NCBI GenBank assembly: GCA_937892405.1
Contig: CALAFS010000242.1
Coordinates: 1-44,928, forward strand
Length of the DNA: 44,928 nucleotides
DNA from: an uncultured Clostridia bacterium
GTDB taxonomy: Bacteria > Bacillota > Clostridia > Oscillospirales > CAG-272
Direction of reading: 5' to 3'
This document shows positions 41,417-44,928 of this stretch, one piece after another. The notes under the pieces were generated by a model that saw nothing but the letters and a program-made list of their open reading frames with translations, had not been told where the DNA came from and made no database searches. Every line of letters begins with the position of its first letter. Position 1 is the stretch's first letter. The position numbers were made by a program, and so were the translations under genes.

Positions 41417-42799
41417 GTGGTTTGCATAAAAAACGCAAACGAAGCAAGACAAGTCCGAGAGATACCGAAGATTGTCGGCGGATACATTCGTGTATCGACC
41501 GAAGAGCAATCGCGCAACGGACTCTCCCTTGAATCTCAAAGAGCGGATATTGAAGACTACTGCCGCCGCATGGGATACCGACTCGAAAAATACTACATAG
41601 ACGCCGGTATCACCGCACGGAAATCTCTTTACAAACGCTTCGCCTTCATGAATATGATGCGCGATGTGCAGGAAAAGAAAATCAACCATATCGTTGTGCT
41701 TCGTCTCGACCGTTTCTTCCGCAATGTGTATGACTATCACCGAATGATGCATGAGCACCTCGATCCTGCCGGGTGCGGTTGGTCTGCCGTCAAGGAAGAG
41801 TACGACACCACGACGACAAACGGACGCCTGATGATCAACCTCCGTCTCTCCATCGCGGAGCAGGAGTGCGATCAGGACTCCGACAGAATCAAGGATGTTT
41901 TCGCGAACCGGATCAAAGAAGGCTATGTCGTGACCGGTCACCCGCCCCTCGGATATAAGATAGAGAACAAGCGTCTCGTCCCGGACGAGAACGCCGACCT
42001 CGTGCGGGAGATCTTCGACTCCTTCCTCCGTTTGAATTCCATTCGCCTCGTTCTTCTCGATCTGCGTGAGAGGTTGCATGTGGACATGAAGTACGACCGC
42101 ATCAACGGTACGCTTCGGAAAGAAATCTACATCGGTCATAACAGAGACAACAAGAATTATTGTGAGCCGCTCGTCTCGGAGGAAACATTCAACGCCGTGC
42201 AGCGCGGACTTGACAACAACATCCGAGCAAGGGGCACAAGAAAGGTCTATATCTTCTCGAGACTGATAAAGTGCGCCTGTTGCGGGCACTCCATGGCGGG
42301 CAGCTCCCCGAACGCGTATAAGAATTGCAACCCGTTTATGTACTACCGGTGCAATTTCGCCTACCAAAACCTGACTTGCAATAACCGCCACAACACCAAC
42401 GAAGCCGTCGTCGAAAAGTTTCTTCTTGAAAATGTCGAGACTCTGCTTGAAGAACGAATTGTGAAAGTAGCGGCAAAAGAAAAATCTGCTCCTGCTCCTC
42501 GCAAAGGAAACAGAAAGCAGATCGAGGCGAAAATCGAGCGACTCATGGAATTGTATATCAATAAAGTCATCGAGCTCGACGAGTTCAAAAAAAGGAGAGA
42601 AGAGCTTGAAGCGAAGATTATTGACGATGAGGTAGAACCAAAGAAGACCGATCTGACCGCCGTGAAAGCCTTCCTCGACAGCGGATTCAAAGAAATATAC
42701 GGCGGTCTTTCTCCACTTGAAAAGCGTGCCCTTTGGCGAGGCATCATCAAAGAGATCATCTGTGAAGGAAGCGAAGTCAAGCAGGTTGTTTTTTTGTAG
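41417..42799 (+). CDS. int: Large serine recombinase (phage integrase)
   Basis: The N-terminal resolvase-type catalytic region is GGYIRVSTEEQSRNGLSLESQ...VVLRLDRFFRN. A recombinase domain, a Cys-rich Zn-ribbon (CACCGH...YYRCN...C) and a coiled coil follow. The only in-frame canonical start is GTG 41417. Confidence 0.9.
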   Translation: MVCIKNANEARQVREIPKIVGGYIRVSTEEQSRNGLSLESQRADIEDYCRRMGYRLEKYYIDAGITARKSLYKRFAFMNMMRDVQEKKINHIVVLRLDRFFRNVYDYHRMMHEHLDPAGCGWSAVKEEYDTTTTNGRLMINLRLSIAEQECDQDSDRIKDVFANRIKEGYVVTGHPPLGYKIENKRLVPDENADLVREIFDSFLRLNSIRLVLLDLRERLHVDMKYDRINGTLRKEIYIGHNRDNKNYCEPLVSEETFNAVQRGLDNNIRARGTRKVYIFSRLIKCACCGHSMAGSSPNAYKNCNPFMYYRCNFAYQNLTCNNRHNTNEAVVEKFLLENVETLLEERIVKVAAKEKSAPAPRKGNRKQIEAKIERLMELYINKVIELDEFKKRREELEAKIIDDEVEPKKTDLTAVKAFLDSGFKEIYGGLSPLEKRALWRGIIKEIICEGSEVKQVVFL

Positions 42800-42805
42800 C
42801 ACGAT

Positions 42806-42814
42806 TTCTACTAA
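42806..42814. repeat. attP-arm inverted repeat, left arm (TTCTACTAA)
   Basis: This is the reverse complement of 2260-2268. It lies 10 bp from the core. Confidence 0.65.
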
Positions 42815-42824
42815 CTCGTGTATG

Positions 42825-42832
42825 CCTTCCGG
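42825..42832. other. attR core (CCTTCCGG)
   Basis: The sequence is identical to 2242-2249. It encodes the PEG of the ATPase PEGLP motif on the minus strand. Confidence 0.75.
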
Positions 42833-43705
42833 GACGGCGACTACGACCACGGTAATCATCAGGGTAAGGGCGTGAATCAGGGTGGAAAAGACAAGGGTCG
42901 GGTCGCGGAAGGAGGCGAGGATCTTCGCACCGACGAAACCGTTGTCGGCGACGAAACGGTTGAAAAGATAGGTCAGCGCGACGAACGCCGCCATGACATA
43001 CCCGATCTTACTGATCTGTCCGGCGAGGCGGGCAAGGCGGAGCTTCAGCGGGCTTTCCCGCGTTTCGCTCTGGACATCTTTTGCCACCATGCCGTAATAG
43101 GTGCTGCCGCCGACGCGTCCGACCTTCATCTCCCCTTCGCCGGAGGTGACGACCGCGCCGCGGTAGACCTTCGTCGGCTCGTGAAGATCCCAGCGCTCGG
43201 TCGGCGCGCCCGGGTGTTTCTCCGCGTCGGCGCTCTCGCCGTTCAGCGCGGAGAGGTCGAGGCGCACGCTCCCCGAGAGCATCGTGCCGTCCGCCGGCAC
43301 CTGCTCTCCGGCGGAGAGCAGGACAATGTCCCCGACGACAAGCTCAGAAATCGGGAGGCGGGTCACTTCCCCGTCCCGCACGGCGAGACAAAAAGCGCCT
43401 TCCCCTGCCGCCTGCATATCGGCGAAGGCGCGCTCGCTCCCATACTCCGACGCGGTGGAAACCGTCGTCGCGATCAGGACGGCGAGCAGAATCCCCCCGA
43501 CCTCGAACCAGTTACACCGCCCGAGAGTGAATACCACTTCGGCGAGCAGTGCGAACATCAATACCTTGATGATCGGGTCGCCGAGATTTTCAAAGAATTT
43601 ATGAAGAAAGCCCTTGGTTTTCTCTCTTGCCAGTGTGTTGTCCCCGTGCGCCTCGCGCGACAGACGCACTTCTTCTTCCGTCAGACCGCGTCTTGTTTTT
43701 TTCAT
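42825..43705 (-). CDS. P-type cation ATPase, N-terminal part of the prophage-split gene
   Basis: ATG 43705 has an AAGGAG RBS. The protein begins MKKTRRGLTEEEVRLSREAHGDNTL (cation-ATPase N-terminal domain). It continues through TM1-2, an actuator-type region (LSALNGESADAEK) and TM3-4, ending ...MITVVVVAVPEG at the core. The ORF-track ORF runs on to 41312 only through the antisense of int. Confidence 0.88.
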
Positions 43706-43844
43706 CGGATTCTCCTTTTGGTAGCTGTCGAAGAAAGACAGCCTCTTTTCCTTCTGAAAAACTATATGAGAGCGCGTCCCGAAAAATGCGTACAAGCGTC
43801 CGCAAATGTTTGCCGCGGTGTCTTGATTGTTGCGGTTTGAAAAG

Positions 43845-44690
43845 AATATGCGTAAAGAGCGGAAATTCCCCGAAAAAGCGTGTGGCGGAAGGTATGGCGT
43901 AACGGGTCGTCGAGGGCGCCGACCCCTACAAAGGAAGAGAGCGTTTTCACCTTAATTGTTCGTTTATCGAAAGGTGGCGTAAAGGGCGGGCGACCGATGG
44001 TCACCCCTACGACGGAAGCGGACGAAAGTGGCTCGAAAAAGCGTTCGCGAAGGCATGACATATTGCCTTGCCGAGAAAGAGATGATCGCGTCATGTAGGG
44101 GTCGGCGCCCTCGACGACCCGCCGCGCAAAGGTATCATTATACGCCATCGGGAGGGTGTTTCGCCGTCATTTTGCCCGTAGGGGCGACCATCGGTCGCCC
44201 GCTTTGGTGAGTCTATATGAACGGTATCGGCTTTTTGCCGGGGTGCCTCATGGATAAGGAGAGTGAAAGTTGCGTTGCATGGAAGATGATAGTGCAAAGT
44301 ACAATCCCTCCGTCTCGCTTCGCGAGCCATCCTCCCGGTACTTCGGCGCGCCGAAGTACAAACACAAAGGAGGCTTTGGCATGAAGGTTTGCCGTTGTGT
44401 CTCGATTTTTGCCGTGTAGTAAAATATGCGTTCGCAGGCGGGCGACCGATGGTCGCCCCTACGAATGAGCGGACAAAAACGGCTCGAAAAAGCGTGTGAT
44501 AAAGGCTTGGCACAACGGGTCGTCGAGGGCGCCGACCCCTACAAGGGGAGCGGGCGGAAATGCCTCAAAAAAGCGCGTGGTGAAAGGTACCCCCGCAGTG
44601 AAATCCGCCTGCGGCGGGGGAAAAGCGCTACGCGCGTGAAAGGAGACAAAGGCATGTGAAATTCGCCTGCGGCGAGAGAAAGAGTTGCTA
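43845..44690. repeat. Mosaic REP-like intergenic repeat block (right flank of the ATPase locus)
   Basis: 43845-44045 parallels 95-295. 44332-44690 parallels 1-445 with an internal deletion. Hairpin units lie at 43904-43925, 43988-44006, 44098-44120, 44182-44200, 44440-44458 and 44517-44539. The palindrome lies at 44338-44359. Confidence 0.85.
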
Positions 44691-44928
44691 CAAAGGGAGG
44701 AAGCACGAGAGTCTTTTTTGCATTTTGCGGCGCTTTACTTATAGAATATCGCTGAATATGCAAAAATCGTCAAAATGTTGACTGGAATTGCCTATTTTTT
44801 TAGATAGCAATTATGCTATAATAGGAAGCGTAAGAGAGGGTTCGGTTTGTCTCATTTCACAAAATGTTGTCGGGAAAGGTATAAATTTCCTGACACGGGG
44901 ACAAAGAAAAAAAGAGCCGCAAAAATCC

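Larger units (their letters stand above)
2250..42824. mobile_element. Integrated temperate phage (prophage, about 40.6 kb) with serine integrase
   Basis: The element is bounded by duplicated core sequence inside a split ATPase gene. It contains an integrase, a CI/Cro-type switch, a replication gene, TerS/TerL, portal, scaffold, capsid and fibre genes. Nearly all are translationally coupled on the minus strand. Confidence 0.9.

Noticed and set aside
41312-43795. An 827-aa ORF that looks like one large minus-strand gene.
   Set aside because: It is a chimera. Only the part from 43705 down to the att core is ATPase. The remainder is the codon-aligned antisense frame of the serine integrase gene, and the first 30 codons lie upstream of the real RBS and ATG.
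1-44928. A search by eye for tRNA, rRNA, tmRNA, CRISPR arrays, transposase/IS elements and toxin-antitoxin pairs.
   Set aside because: I saw no cloverleaf-like or rRNA-like segments, no repeat-spacer arrays, and no transposase motifs. Intergenic space inside the prophage is minimal apart from the regulatory regions listed. Small ncRNAs cannot be excluded without covariance-model scans.

Overview
The window holds a temperate prophage of about 40.6 kb (2250-42824) integrated by a large serine recombinase inside the coding sequence of a P2-type cation (Ca2+-like) P-type ATPase. The ATPase is split exactly at its TM4 PEGLP motif. The C-terminal part is 507-2249 (-) and the N-terminal part is 42825-43705 (-). 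An 8-bp core CCTTCCGG is duplicated at both junctions. Joining the phage ends gives an attP with perfect 9-bp inverted arms placed 10 bp either side of the core. The ATPase::prophage locus is bracketed by a mosaic GC-rich REP-like repeat family (1-445 and 43845-44690). Reading the prophage from right to left on the minus strand gives these modules. Lysogeny module: serine integrase, a 40-aa ORF, a membrane-anchored Mrr-type nuclease with its own XRE gene, and a CI-like repressor facing a Cro-like gene. Early region: a DUF4373-type replication initiator with in-gene 21-bp repeats, PcfK-like, PcfJ-like, DUF3102, an HNH-like protein, a Lar-like protein, several Cys-rich small proteins, and an ASCH protein. 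Late region: a putative late regulator, TerS, TerL, portal, a 574-aa internal protein, a 3046-aa polyvalent giant protein, a Com-like Zn-ribbon protein, scaffold, a decoration-like protein, the major capsid protein, three structural proteins, and two paralogous fibre genes (one frameshifted). The late operon ends in a cluster of membrane/secreted proteins where a lysis cassette is expected. I recognised no tape-measure, tail-tube or sheath gene, no canonical endolysin, and no tRNA, rRNA, CRISPR array or reverse transcriptase. The most interesting candidates are: (1) the 3046-aa virion-module polyvalent protein, which carries HExxH peptidase, paired-His nuclease-like and ART-like modules separated by a recurring RFAL motif; (2) the A+T-rich XRE plus TM/coiled-coil/Mrr-nuclease cassette in the lysogeny module, a candidate undescribed defence or superinfection-exclusion system; (3) the precise interruption of the ATPase gene, which could act as a reversible switch; (4) the duplicated late promoter plus terminator-like leader modules and a 24-bp exact palindromic repeat. 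All family assignments come from motif recognition by eye and need profile searches.
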